A stretch of 64,000 nt of DNA from Acidimicrobiia bacterium. Its GTDB lineage: Bacteria > Actinomycetota > Acidimicrobiia > IMCC26256 > PALSA-610. The stretch covers positions 11,161 to 75,160 of the forward strand of contig JBBSFB010000014.1 of NCBI GenBank assembly GCA_038239145.1. The letters are read 5' to 3'. The notes under the pieces were generated by a model, which was given only the letters and a program-made list of their open reading frames with translations, was not told the DNA's origin and did not search any database. Below, piece by piece: positions 20,126-28,271 of the stretch. The number at the start of each line of letters is the position of its first letter. Position 1 is the stretch's first letter. A program made the translations under genes and the position numbers.

Positions 20126-20147
20126 CGCAGTTACCGACGACAGGTAA

Positions 20148-20498
20148 CTACACCCAACCCGTCTCCGTGACGTATCCACCGCGGATCGTCACCGGGAGCT
20201 CGGGCAACGCCCCGACCGAGGCCACGACATAGTCGCCCGCAGGAACCGTCGGATAGACCGCGGCGTGCACGTGCCCTCCCGGCAGATGTCGGGCCCGCAC
20301 CGCGCTGTGCATGGCCGGACGGTCTTCGCCGGAGCGGAAGATGTCGATCTCCGCGCCGTCAAGCTCGTCCGGAGTGTGCAGCACGAGCGCACCGATGTCG
20401 CCACCGATCTCGAGCACGACGGTTCCGTCGCCGCTGGGCTCGAGCGTGTGACGGTGCTCGTGGGTATGGCTGTGGGCGTGGTCGTGATCGACCCTCAT
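20148..20498 (-). CDS. small His-rich protein of unknown function
   Basis: ORF 20148-20498. N-terminus MRVDHDHAHSHTHEHRH has 7 His at alternating positions, followed by a beta-rich body. Its start overlaps the DUF4331 stop by 1 nt. Confidence 0.7.
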   Translation of the reverse strand: MRVDHDHAHSHTHEHRHTLEPSGDGTVVLEIGGDIGALVLHTPDELDGAEIDIFRSGEDRPAMHSAVRARHLPGGHVHAAVYPTVPAGDYVVASVGALPELPVTIRGGYVTETGWV

Positions 20499-22027
20499 CA
20501 GGTGTGCGCGTCGGCGAGCGCCGGGATCTCGAAGCCGCTGTGGGGGACGCCGAGGTAGGGGAACGACGGCAGATACTTCACCGTTCCGTCGGCGGTCTGG
20601 TCAAGCGGGTCGGTGGTCAATCCGTCGGACACGGCGTTGGCGGCCGCGTCCGCGGTGAAGGTCTTGTCGACGAGCCCGTACGTCGCGCCCGCGATCGCGC
20701 GGAGCTCGATCGTGAACACGTCGTCGAAGACCCGCCGGCCGTTCGGGTATCCGGCCGCGTCGCCGCCGATGAGCCCGATGTTGCTGGGCTTGGTGGTCGT
20801 CGGCGGGATCGCCAGGTTGAGCCGCAGCAGGTCGGCCATCGCGGTCCCGCCCGAGTTCTGAAAGCCGGGGACGACGCCGGGCGGGATGCCGGTGAGAAGG
20901 ATCGCGACGAGGTCGGCTCGCACCTTGCCCGATGCGTTCAACGCGGCGAGGTTCGGGAACACGCCCGGGTAGAGCGCCGGGATCAGGTTCGCGAGCTCGG
21001 GGTGCTGGACGCCTCCGGCGAAGTGGATGTCGTTCACCGGTTGCTGGGTGTTCCAGTAATCCTTGCGTTCCATCGGAACGAGCACTTCGTTGAACAACGG
21101 GTTGCCGAGGCGCGACACCTGCGCGAACGGTCCGACGCCGTTGCCGAAGTCGTTCCGCTCGTCGTCGCGGCGGTGACCGTGGAAGCCCATGCGCTGGCGG
21201 GACGCGGTGGTCCACACGCCGATGACGGACGACGCCTTGGTCGCGTCGGTGGCGGTCACGCCGCGGGGCGTCAGCTGACCCTTCGGGAGCTGCAGCGCGA
21301 TGCTGTGGACGTTGACGGCCTTGGTCGCGTTGACGCCGGGTGCCGGTTGGGTGAGCTCGGGCACGTTGAGACCGAACTGCGCGTGCAGTTGTTCGAACGG
21401 TCGCAGGTCGGCGAGGTCGAAGACCGAACCCAAGTCGACGTAGAACCCTTCGGCCCGCTGACCCGCGAAGACGACGCCGCCACCGGGGAGATTGTGCATC
21501 GCGGCGTTGGCGAGCGAGACGTAGTTCGGCGTCGAGAGCGGTCCGATGTTGCACGGGGGGCACGAGACGTGCGACGCGAGCCGGGTGACCTTCGGTCCGA
21601 ACCCGAAGCCGAACCCGTCGTCGGAGTGGTGGCCCCAACCTTCGCCGTCGCGAAAGCCGTTGCCGTGCTGGTTCCAGTCGATGCGGCTGACGTCGTAGAA
21701 CTGGCGTCGATTCCACGTCGACGCGTCGAGCGACGTGATGGGCCCGACGTTGTACAGGAACGTCTTGCCGACCTGAAGGACGGTCTGGAAGCGGAACTGG
21801 AACGTGATGTCGGCGCGGCCGTCACCGTTGTTGTCCACATGGATCTCGTACAACACGTCGTCGCCGAACTCGAAGAAGTTCGGGCCCGCGGCCGGCGTCT
21901 GCAGCGGCACGTAGTTGGCGATGAGCGTGACCGTGTCGGGGCGGTCCGGGCTCACGAAGGCGTACAGGTCCGTGCTGTCGGCGACGGGATCCTTGGAGAT
22001 CTCGGGCGCTTCACGATGCGACGACAT
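20498..22027 (-). CDS. DUF4331 domain-containing protein
   Basis: ORF 20498-22027. MSSHREAPEISKDPVADSTDLYAFVSPDRPD is the hallmark DUF4331 N-terminus. No signal peptide is visible. Confidence 0.9.
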   Translation of the reverse strand: MSSHREAPEISKDPVADSTDLYAFVSPDRPDTVTLIANYVPLQTPAAGPNFFEFGDDVLYEIHVDNNGDGRADITFQFRFQTVLQVGKTFLYNVGPITSLDASTWNRRQFYDVSRIDWNQHGNGFRDGEGWGHHSDDGFGFGFGPKVTRLASHVSCPPCNIGPLSTPNYVSLANAAMHNLPGGGVVFAGQRAEGFYVDLGSVFDLADLRPFEQLHAQFGLNVPELTQPAPGVNATKAVNVHSIALQLPKGQLTPRGVTATDATKASSVIGVWTTASRQRMGFHGHRRDDERNDFGNGVGPFAQVSRLGNPLFNEVLVPMERKDYWNTQQPVNDIHFAGGVQHPELANLIPALYPGVFPNLAALNASGKVRADLVAILLTGIPPGVVPGFQNSGGTAMADLLRLNLAIPPTTTKPSNIGLIGGDAAGYPNGRRVFDDVFTIELRAIAGATYGLVDKTFTADAAANAVSDGLTTDPLDQTADGTVKYLPSFPYLGVPHSGFEIPALADAHT

Positions 22028-22082
22028 TCCTCACCTCTTCCAGATGGTGTTGGTGCGAGACGGTGTGGGGGGGGGCCGAAGC

Positions 22083-22364
22083 TCAGCGAGACGCTTTGTA
22101 GATCAGCGCGGCGAGCCGCTTGTCCTTGACGGTGATCTCGCGGTTACCTGCGTAGATCGCGATCTCGCCGGTCTGCACGTCGCGCAGATGCGCTACGACG
22201 TTGCGATCGACGCTCGCGCCGGCCGGGACGTGCGGCTCCTTCGCCTTCTCGTCGTCCGCGGAGGCTGCGTCGGCCAGAGAGATCGGCGCGGCAACCGCGG
22301 CACCGGCCACTGCGGCCGCAACCGACGCGTGCTTCAGGAAGTCGCGGCGATTCGTCGGTTGCAT
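22083..22364 (-). CDS. 93-aa protein with a twin-arginine signal peptide
   Basis: Tail of ORF 22083-23204 from ATG 22364. MQPTNRRDFLKHASVAAAVAGAAVAAP. Good RBS (GAGAGGA) upstream. Confidence 0.7.
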   Translation of the reverse strand: MQPTNRRDFLKHASVAAAVAGAAVAAPISLADAASADDEKAKEPHVPAGASVDRNVVAHLRDVQTGEIAIYAGNREITVKDKRLAALIYKASR

Positions 22365-22453
22365 GGTGAGGTCCTCTCGACTTCGCCGAACCGATTCGGG
22401 TCGGCCGTGATGCCATTGAAGAGCAGACGCGTCGGAAAATCCAGCAATCCGCT

Positions 22454-22476
22454 CAGATGCGAATCGTTTGCATCTG
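22454..22476. promoter_or_regulatory. perfect 7-N9-7 palindrome CAGATGC-N9-GCATCTG (candidate operator)
   Basis: Read directly. It lies in the 155-bp gap upstream of the Tat mini-protein gene and has an A/T-rich centre. Confidence 0.3.
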
Positions 22477-22519
22477 CACCTTCCGAGCAGCAGCGACACG
22501 CCGCTCGACGACAGGGTGT

Positions 22520-23164
22520 TCAGTTCGACTTCGTGATGACCTTTTCGAATGCCGCCGCGAGTGCGCGATGGCCGGCGGCGTCGGGTTGGGCCGCGAAGCC
22601 CTTCTCCGGCGCGAGCGTGACGCTCGCATTCGCGAGGGACACGAGCTCCGCGCCGGTCGTCACGACCACGGACCGGATTGCAGTGTTGTACGGCGCTGCA
22701 CGCGTGCCGAACGAGGCGGGCAGGTCGGCGACGAGAACGCGCGTCTCCGTCGAGACGCGCAGCCGTGTGACCAGTTCGGTGAGGGCGGTCGTGAACGTGG
22801 GGATCGGCGTCGCGGCCGCCACGTCGTCCGCTCCGAGCCACACCTCCACGAGATCCGGCTTCAACTCCGTTGCCACCGGCACCTGCAACGTGAGCGCGTG
22901 CGTGGCGGTGGCGTCGTCGAGTGCCGCGTTCACGAACACCGTTGAGATCGGCAGCGCGTTGCGGAACACGAGATACGGCCACGCTTCCTGGAGCCGGTTG
23001 CGAAGTCCATCGCCCTCGGTCGCGCTCCCGCCGATGGACACGACCGTCTCCTGCGGGCCGGCGGCGGTTGCGGGCAGCACCGAGGCCGCGCGGGAGTGCG
23101 CGCTGCAACCCGAAAGCAGCACGGCGAGGCTCGCGGCGAGGGCGGAATATCGTCGGCGTCTCAT
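22520..23164 (-). CDS. SGNH/GDSL-like hydrolase lipoprotein
   Basis: ORF 22520-23164. Lipobox LLSGC, block-I-like VVSIGGSATEG and SGNH-sized body. Its start overlaps the permease stop by 4 bp. Confidence 0.65.
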   Translation of the reverse strand: MRRRRYSALAASLAVLLSGCSAHSRAASVLPATAAGPQETVVSIGGSATEGDGLRNRLQEAWPYLVFRNALPISTVFVNAALDDATATHALTLQVPVATELKPDLVEVWLGADDVAAATPIPTFTTALTELVTRLRVSTETRVLVADLPASFGTRAAPYNTAIRSVVVTTGAELVSLANASVTLAPEKGFAAQPDAAGHRALAAAFEKVITKSN

Positions 23165-24483
23165 TCGTCGCTGATCGCCTGCCGGGCCGGCATGCGAGCG
23201 GCACGGATCGCCGGCAAGGTCCCTGCGGCGAGCGCGAGGACCGTCGCCCCGACGACGACGCTCGCCAGGAGTGCGACGGGTACGCCGAGGTGGACCGTCT
23301 GCAGATCCTGGCTCGCGAGATAGCGGTTCACGACGGCGGCCAGCGTGCGGGCGACGAGCAGCCCGAGTCCGGCGCCGAGCAGGCCCCCGGTGAAGCCCAG
23401 GGTCCCGGCCTCGACGAGGAACACGCGGCGTACGTCGCGATCGGCCGCACCGACTGCTTTCAGCACTCCGATCTCACGCCTCCGTTCGCGGATCGCGGCG
23501 AGCATCGCGTTGGAGATGCCGAGCGCCGCGATCGTGAGTCCGATGGAACCGATCCCGGCGAGGACCAACTCGACGACGTGCACATAGCGCTGCACCTGGG
23601 TGATAAGTGATTCCGGCGCGCTGGTCGAGTACCCGACGCCGTTGATCTCGGCCCGGACCTGGGTGACGTGATCGAGACCGTGGGCGACGACGAAGAGCGC
23701 CGAGTACTCCGACGGGTCCGGGTCGATGCCGTCGATCGGTGCGCCCGCCGCCGTCCAGGCCCGGTCGGACCGGGCCATGTCGAGCGACACGACGAAAAGG
23801 CCGTTGCCGGCCTCTTGCGACACGACACCCACGATCTCTGCCTTGGTCCAGCGGGCCCGGTTGCGACGCTCGTTGCCGTTCTTGAAGACGCGGGGCGCGC
23901 CGAGCATCACGTCGGTGCCGATCAGGGCCTTCGAGTTGGCATTGGTAACACCGAGACGCTGCAGGAAGTCGACCGTGACCGCGATCTCCGTCTGCGATCC
24001 CGGTTGCGGCAGCCGTCCCGCAATCACGGTGACCGGGAGTTGGCTCACGTGGGCGAGATCGATACCGACCGCCGCCTCGAACAGCGGACGGTCGTTCTTC
24101 GACGTCGCGTGGGCCGCGGCCGGGAGCGTTGTCGGCGGGAGCGCGATGATCGGCGTGGCGATGATGGGCAGGACGGACGAGACCTGCGCCAAGCCGGCGA
24201 TCCGTCGTAACGCGGTGTCGTCGATTCGGCGCGCCGCACCCGGGCGAGGATTGTCACTGTCGAGCGCGCTCGCCGACGGTGCGGCAGCGTCGACCTTGAT
24301 CCCCGACAGCGGTCCACCTTCGCTCACTTGATCGAGGACACGCTGTTTGGCGGAGTCGCTCGCGATGAGGAGCGACGAGAGGAGCGCCGCACCCAGGGCG
24401 ACCGAGAGCACGGTGAGGACCGCGCGGCCGCCGCGGCGTCCGACGCTCCGTCGAGCAAGGACGATCGCATCTCGCCACGTCAT
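23161..24483 (-). CDS. ABC transporter permease, FtsX/MacB family
   Basis: ORF 23161-24483. N-terminal TM helix, large extracytoplasmic domain, then a C-terminal FtsX-type 3-TM bundle. Confidence 0.85.
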   Translation of the reverse strand: MTWRDAIVLARRSVGRRGGRAVLTVLSVALGAALLSSLLIASDSAKQRVLDQVSEGGPLSGIKVDAAAPSASALDSDNPRPGAARRIDDTALRRIAGLAQVSSVLPIIATPIIALPPTTLPAAAHATSKNDRPLFEAAVGIDLAHVSQLPVTVIAGRLPQPGSQTEIAVTVDFLQRLGVTNANSKALIGTDVMLGAPRVFKNGNERRNRARWTKAEIVGVVSQEAGNGLFVVSLDMARSDRAWTAAGAPIDGIDPDPSEYSALFVVAHGLDHVTQVRAEINGVGYSTSAPESLITQVQRYVHVVELVLAGIGSIGLTIAALGISNAMLAAIRERRREIGVLKAVGAADRDVRRVFLVEAGTLGFTGGLLGAGLGLLVARTLAAVVNRYLASQDLQTVHLGVPVALLASVVVGATVLALAAGTLPAIRAARMPARQAISDE

Positions 24484-25199
24484 GCCGACGCGATCCGTCC
24501 ACCGATGAGATGCATCCGCCGGTCGGCGCGGGCGGCGATCGCATCGTCGTGCGTCACGATCAGGACGGTCGATCCGTGGTCGACGGGTACCCGAAGGAGC
24601 ATGTCGAGGACGACCGCGGTCGCGACGGGATCGAGGTTGCCGGTGGGCTCGTCGGCGAGCACGAGCCGGGGTTCGTTCGCGAGCGCGCGTGCGATCGCGA
24701 CTCGCTGCTTCTCACCACCGCTCAACGCGCGCGGGCGATGGCCGAGACGGTCGCCGAGGCCGACCGCGCCGAGGAGCTCGCGCGCCCGGGCCCGGCGCTG
24801 GCGGCGCGAGACCCGTTCGAAGGTCAGCGCCAGCTCGACGTTCTCGAGTGCGGTGAGCTGGCCGAGGAGCCCGAAGTCCTGGAACACGAAACCGACGACC
24901 TCGCGGCGGTAGCGCGCCATCTCGTCGCGATCGAGTTGGGCGAGGTCGTGCCCGGCGATCAGCACCGAACCGCCGTGCGGCCGGTCGAGGCCACCCAGGA
25001 CCGACAGCAAGGTCGTCTTTCCCGATCCGGACGCACCGGTGATCGCCACGACGCTCCCGGCGTCGACGTCGAAGTCGATGGAGTCGAGGACGACGAGCTC
25101 TCCCTCCGGGGTGTCGTACCGGAAGCGCAGGCCGGTCGCGTGCACCGCGACACCGGCTCGTTCGTTCGGGTCGGCGGCGACATCCGCGGGTGACGCCAT
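24480..25199 (-). CDS. ABC transporter ATP-binding protein (MacB/LolD type)
   Basis: In ORF 24480-25361 from MASPADV. Walker A GASGSGKTT, signature LSGGEKQR, Walker B LVLADEPT. Confidence 0.9.
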   Translation of the reverse strand: MASPADVAADPNERAGVAVHATGLRFRYDTPEGELVVLDSIDFDVDAGSVVAITGASGSGKTTLLSVLGGLDRPHGGSVLIAGHDLAQLDRDEMARYRREVVGFVFQDFGLLGQLTALENVELALTFERVSRRQRRARARELLGAVGLGDRLGHRPRALSGGEKQRVAIARALANEPRLVLADEPTGNLDPVATAVVLDMLLRVPVDHGSTVLIVTHDDAIAARADRRMHLIGGRIASA

Positions 25200-25263
25200 C
25201 GCTCGACGGTACCGCCCGCGTTCGGGCATCTGGTCGCGACCGGGCCGAGCGCGCACGAGGGAT

Positions 25264-25764
25264 CTACGTATCGTGATCGGCGGTCGGGGCCGGCGATTCC
25301 GGCGTCGCGCGCCGGTCCCGAACCAGCACGGCTGCGAGCCAGATCGCGGCGATTGTCGCAATCACGGCGACCGCGGTCAGGGTCGAGGTCGCATAGTTCA
25401 GCGGTTGCACCGTGTGATTGTCCGGCACCTGTGCATGTCCGTAGCGGCGAATTCCGGGCCACGCGACGGCGATGACGACGGCGGAGCCGAAGAGCACGGC
25501 GCGCAGTGGCGCTCGGGCCACGGTGGGCACGCGCCGGAGCACGAGGAACGAGATCGCAACTGCGATCGGAGCGACGAGGAAATCGTGGAGGATGTCGCCG
25601 CCGACGAAATACCGGAGAAAGTTCGGGATCGGGGTCGATTCGGGATGACGGAGGATCCCCACCACCCCGACGAGCATCACGGGTACGCCGACGAGCAGCC
25701 CGACGCCGAGTCCGATCCGATCGGCGCGCCGTTGCTTGATTTCGCCCGCGGCGGTGTCCGTCAT
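25264..25764 (-). CDS. integral membrane protein, unknown function
   Basis: In ORF 25264-25911 from MTDTAAG. Four predicted TM stretches. 4-bp overlap with the upstream gene's stop. Confidence 0.6.
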   Translation of the reverse strand: MTDTAAGEIKQRRADRIGLGVGLLVGVPVMLVGVVGILRHPESTPIPNFLRYFVGGDILHDFLVAPIAVAISFLVLRRVPTVARAPLRAVLFGSAVVIAVAWPGIRRYGHAQVPDNHTVQPLNYATSTLTAVAVIATIAAIWLAAVLVRDRRATPESPAPTADHDT

Positions 25765-26876
25765 CTCGCGCTCAGTTGCGTCACCCATTTGGTCTGCATC
25801 ACCCCCGGGCGGTTCGGTGCGATCAGGCGCAGCGGGTATCCGTGGTCGAGCGCAAGGGGTTCGCCGTTGACCAAGAGCGCGAGCAACGTGTCGGGGTCGT
25901 GGGCCTGCCATCGATCGAGGATCGACGCGCGATAGCTGCCCCGCGGCTGCAGCGAGAGGACGGAAGCCTCCGAATGGGGATGAACCCCCGCCATCGCCAA
26001 CAGGTCACGTACCCGCACGCCGGTCCAGTGTTGGGACGTGCTCCAGCCCTCGACGCACGAGATCGGGAGGGTGGCGGAGTGCTGGGGAAGCGCGCGCAAC
26101 TCGTCGAGCGAGAACGAGAGCGCGGTCGCTACCTTTCCCGTCACCTCGAGCCGGTACGTCGTCACGTTGATGAACTTCGCTGCGCCGGTGTCTCTCGCGG
26201 TGCCGTTCACGGGGAAGCCCTGGGGCCCGACGTCGGGCCGCCGCGGTGCGAGCAGGGCGAGGCGACGCAGCGGTCGGAACGTCTGACCCACGGTGAACAG
26301 CGCCACCAGCGCACTCGCGCCGAACGCGGTGAGCAGGAAGCGGCGGCGTTCGAGCGCGACCGGTGCCGCGGTGGTACCGGACGCAGGTTCTCGTTTCAGC
26401 GCGCGCCGGCTCGTCGAGAACTTGGCGCCGATGTGGATCGCGAGCGCGCCCATGACGATCCACGCGGTCCGGAAGTGCGTGTCGGGGAAGTTGAACTTCC
26501 ACGGGTACCAGAGGTTGATGTTCGCCAGCCCCGTGAAGAGCATGAAGATCGAGCCGCCGATGAGGGGGAAGATCGCGAGCCGCTCGACAAGATTCGTGAG
26601 GCTCTCAAACGGCGGCCACTGGAACAGCTTCGGATAGACGCTCCAGAGCTTGGCCAACAGCAGCGGGATCGACGCGACTCCGGTGATGACGTGGATGCCC
26701 TGGGTGACGCGGTAGAGGCCGACCGGTCGGGAGGGGAGTTCGAAACCGAACGACGGGTGTTGGGCGAAGTGCGAGTAGAGGCCGGTGACGAAGCACGTGG
26801 TGAACGCGATGCCCAGTGCCAGCCCGAGCCGGGCTGCGACCCGTTCACTGTTGATCGCCTCGGCTTCGGTGGTCAT
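25761..26876 (-). CDS. molybdopterin-dependent oxidoreductase (sulfite-oxidase/MsrP-like) with an N-terminal multi-TM domain
   Basis: In ORF 25761-27443 from MTTEAEA. About 160 aa of TM helices, then ...PISCVEGWSTSQHWTGVRVRDLL...NGEPLALDHGYPLRLIAPNRPGVMQTKWV (Mo-cofactor domain). Confidence 0.8.
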   Translation of the reverse strand: MTTEAEAINSERVAARLGLALGIAFTTCFVTGLYSHFAQHPSFGFELPSRPVGLYRVTQGIHVITGVASIPLLLAKLWSVYPKLFQWPPFESLTNLVERLAIFPLIGGSIFMLFTGLANINLWYPWKFNFPDTHFRTAWIVMGALAIHIGAKFSTSRRALKREPASGTTAAPVALERRRFLLTAFGASALVALFTVGQTFRPLRRLALLAPRRPDVGPQGFPVNGTARDTGAAKFINVTTYRLEVTGKVATALSFSLDELRALPQHSATLPISCVEGWSTSQHWTGVRVRDLLAMAGVHPHSEASVLSLQPRGSYRASILDRWQAHDPDTLLALLVNGEPLALDHGYPLRLIAPNRPGVMQTKWVTQLSAR

Positions 26877-27508
26877 GCGTGACTCTGAACTCGATCGATC
26901 TCGGCTGCGAAACGGGATCGGGGGATCGTGCGGGCAACGGCGCGCGCGTCGTCGAAGGTGTCGACGTCGCGCAGTGTTGCGATCATCGTCGTACGGAATC
27001 CGAGCTCGCGGAGCCGGGCCTGTTGGTCGCGACACGTGTGTCCCGTGCTCATGGGTACGCCCGCGAACACGTGCGGGTCGCGCCTGCGCAGCCCAATAGC
27101 CCACCATCCGCCGTCGTCGGCGGCGCCGAGCACCGCGTCCGTGGCCGGGTCGTCGGTCAAGGCCCGGGCCGCAGTCACGAGATGCTCGACGGTGACTTGC
27201 GGCGTATCCATCCCGACGAGCAGCGCGGGCCCGGTCACCGCCGCGAAGGCATAGGTGAGGCGCTCGTCGAGGCCGGCGCCGATCTGGGGGACGATCACGA
27301 ACCCGTCGGGTATCCACGGGCCCGGCGGTCCGTCGAGCGCGATCACGCGCGCAACCGCGGGCGTGGCCGCCACGGTTGCCAAGGTGTCGGCGAGGGCGCC
27401 TGCCGCGACGTCGGCGGCCTGGCGGGGCGTGCACGGCGGGCACAGGCGCGTCTTCACCTTGCCCGGCCGGGGCGATTTGGCGATGACGATGATCGTGAGG
27501 CCGGTCAC
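26873..27508 (-). CDS. DUF2064 / TIGR04282-type glycosyltransferase-like protein
   Basis: In ORF 26873-27769 from GTG 27508. TIIVIAKSPRPGKVKTRLCPP is the family N-terminus. 4-bp overlaps at both ends. Confidence 0.75.
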   Translation of the reverse strand: MTGLTIIVIAKSPRPGKVKTRLCPPCTPRQAADVAAGALADTLATVAATPAVARVIALDGPPGPWIPDGFVIVPQIGAGLDERLTYAFAAVTGPALLVGMDTPQVTVEHLVTAARALTDDPATDAVLGAADDGGWWAIGLRRRDPHVFAGVPMSTGHTCRDQQARLRELGFRTTMIATLRDVDTFDDARAVARTIPRSRFAAEIDRVQSHA

Positions 27509-28146
27509 CGGAGCAACCGCGCCATGTCGCGCACCGTGCGCGCCGTTCCTCCGACCGTTCCCGTTACCTTCGACTGTCCGACGCGCGGTGCGTAACCCAC
27601 TTCGACCTCGTCGATCCGCCACCCGGCCTGCCACGCGCGCAGGACCATCTCCAACGGCCAGCCGAAGCGCCGGTCGAGGAGGCCGAGCTCGAGGAGCGCC
27701 TCCCGCGGCGCGGCGCGCATGGGGCCGAGATCCCGGAGCCGGAGCGACGTACGACGACGGATCTCCCACGCGAGCACCCGGTTGGCCACGCGCGCGTGCA
27801 CGGGCCAGGCGCCGAGGTCGGCGCGGCGGGCGCCGAGGACGAGGTCGGATCCGCCGGCAATCACCGGTGCGGCAACCGCCGGGAGATCAGCGCCCGAGAA
27901 CGACCCGTCGCAATCCATGAAGCACACGACTTCGGAGGTCGCGGCCGCGAGACCTGCGAAGCACGCGGCACCGAATCCGCGTCGAGGCTCGACGATCACG
28001 CGTGCGCCGCAAGCGCGGGCGATGTCGGCGGTCCCGTCGTCGGAGCCGTTGTCGACGACGATCGCGTCGAACCCGGTGGGCAACCCTTCGAGGACCGCGG
28101 TGATCGCGCCGGCCTCGTTGAGTGCCGGGAGCACGACGTCGGTCAT
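27505..28146 (-). CDS. family-2 glycosyltransferase
   Basis: In ORF 27505-28548 from MTDVVLPALNEAG. ...IVVDNGSDDGTADIA... and CFMDCDGS (DxD-like). Confidence 0.85.
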   Translation of the reverse strand: MTDVVLPALNEAGAITAVLEGLPTGFDAIVVDNGSDDGTADIARACGARVIVEPRRGFGAACFAGLAAATSEVVCFMDCDGSFSGADLPAVAAPVIAGGSDLVLGARRADLGAWPVHARVANRVLAWEIRRRTSLRLRDLGPMRAAPREALLELGLLDRRFGWPLEMVLRAWQAGWRIDEVEVGYAPRVGQSKVTGTVGGTARTVRDMARLLR

Positions 28147-28271
28147 CGTGGCCACGGTAACGACGGTAGCGCCGATGGCCTCGCTTGCGCGCCTTACAAT
28201 CCGCGAAACTCTTCGGGCGCGATGAACGCTTCGTCGATGGGACCGCACCCGGCGTGGGTAGGTTCTTCGCG

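Noticed and set aside
19969-20147. Cobalamin riboswitch upstream of the cbiM/nikM-like gene
   Set aside because: No GGGAA...GGTG..AATCC core or B12 box could be read on the minus strand. The space is occupied by a terminator-like hairpin and a simple RBS-sequestering stem.
20127-20149. Perfect palindrome AGTTACC-N7-GGTAACT as a Fur-type operator for nikMN
   Set aside because: It overlaps the stop codon of the His-rich gene and lies upstream of the terminator-like hairpin, so it is poorly placed for a nikMN promoter. It does not resemble Fur, Zur or Nur boxes I know. It may be just an RNA hairpin. Left unresolved.
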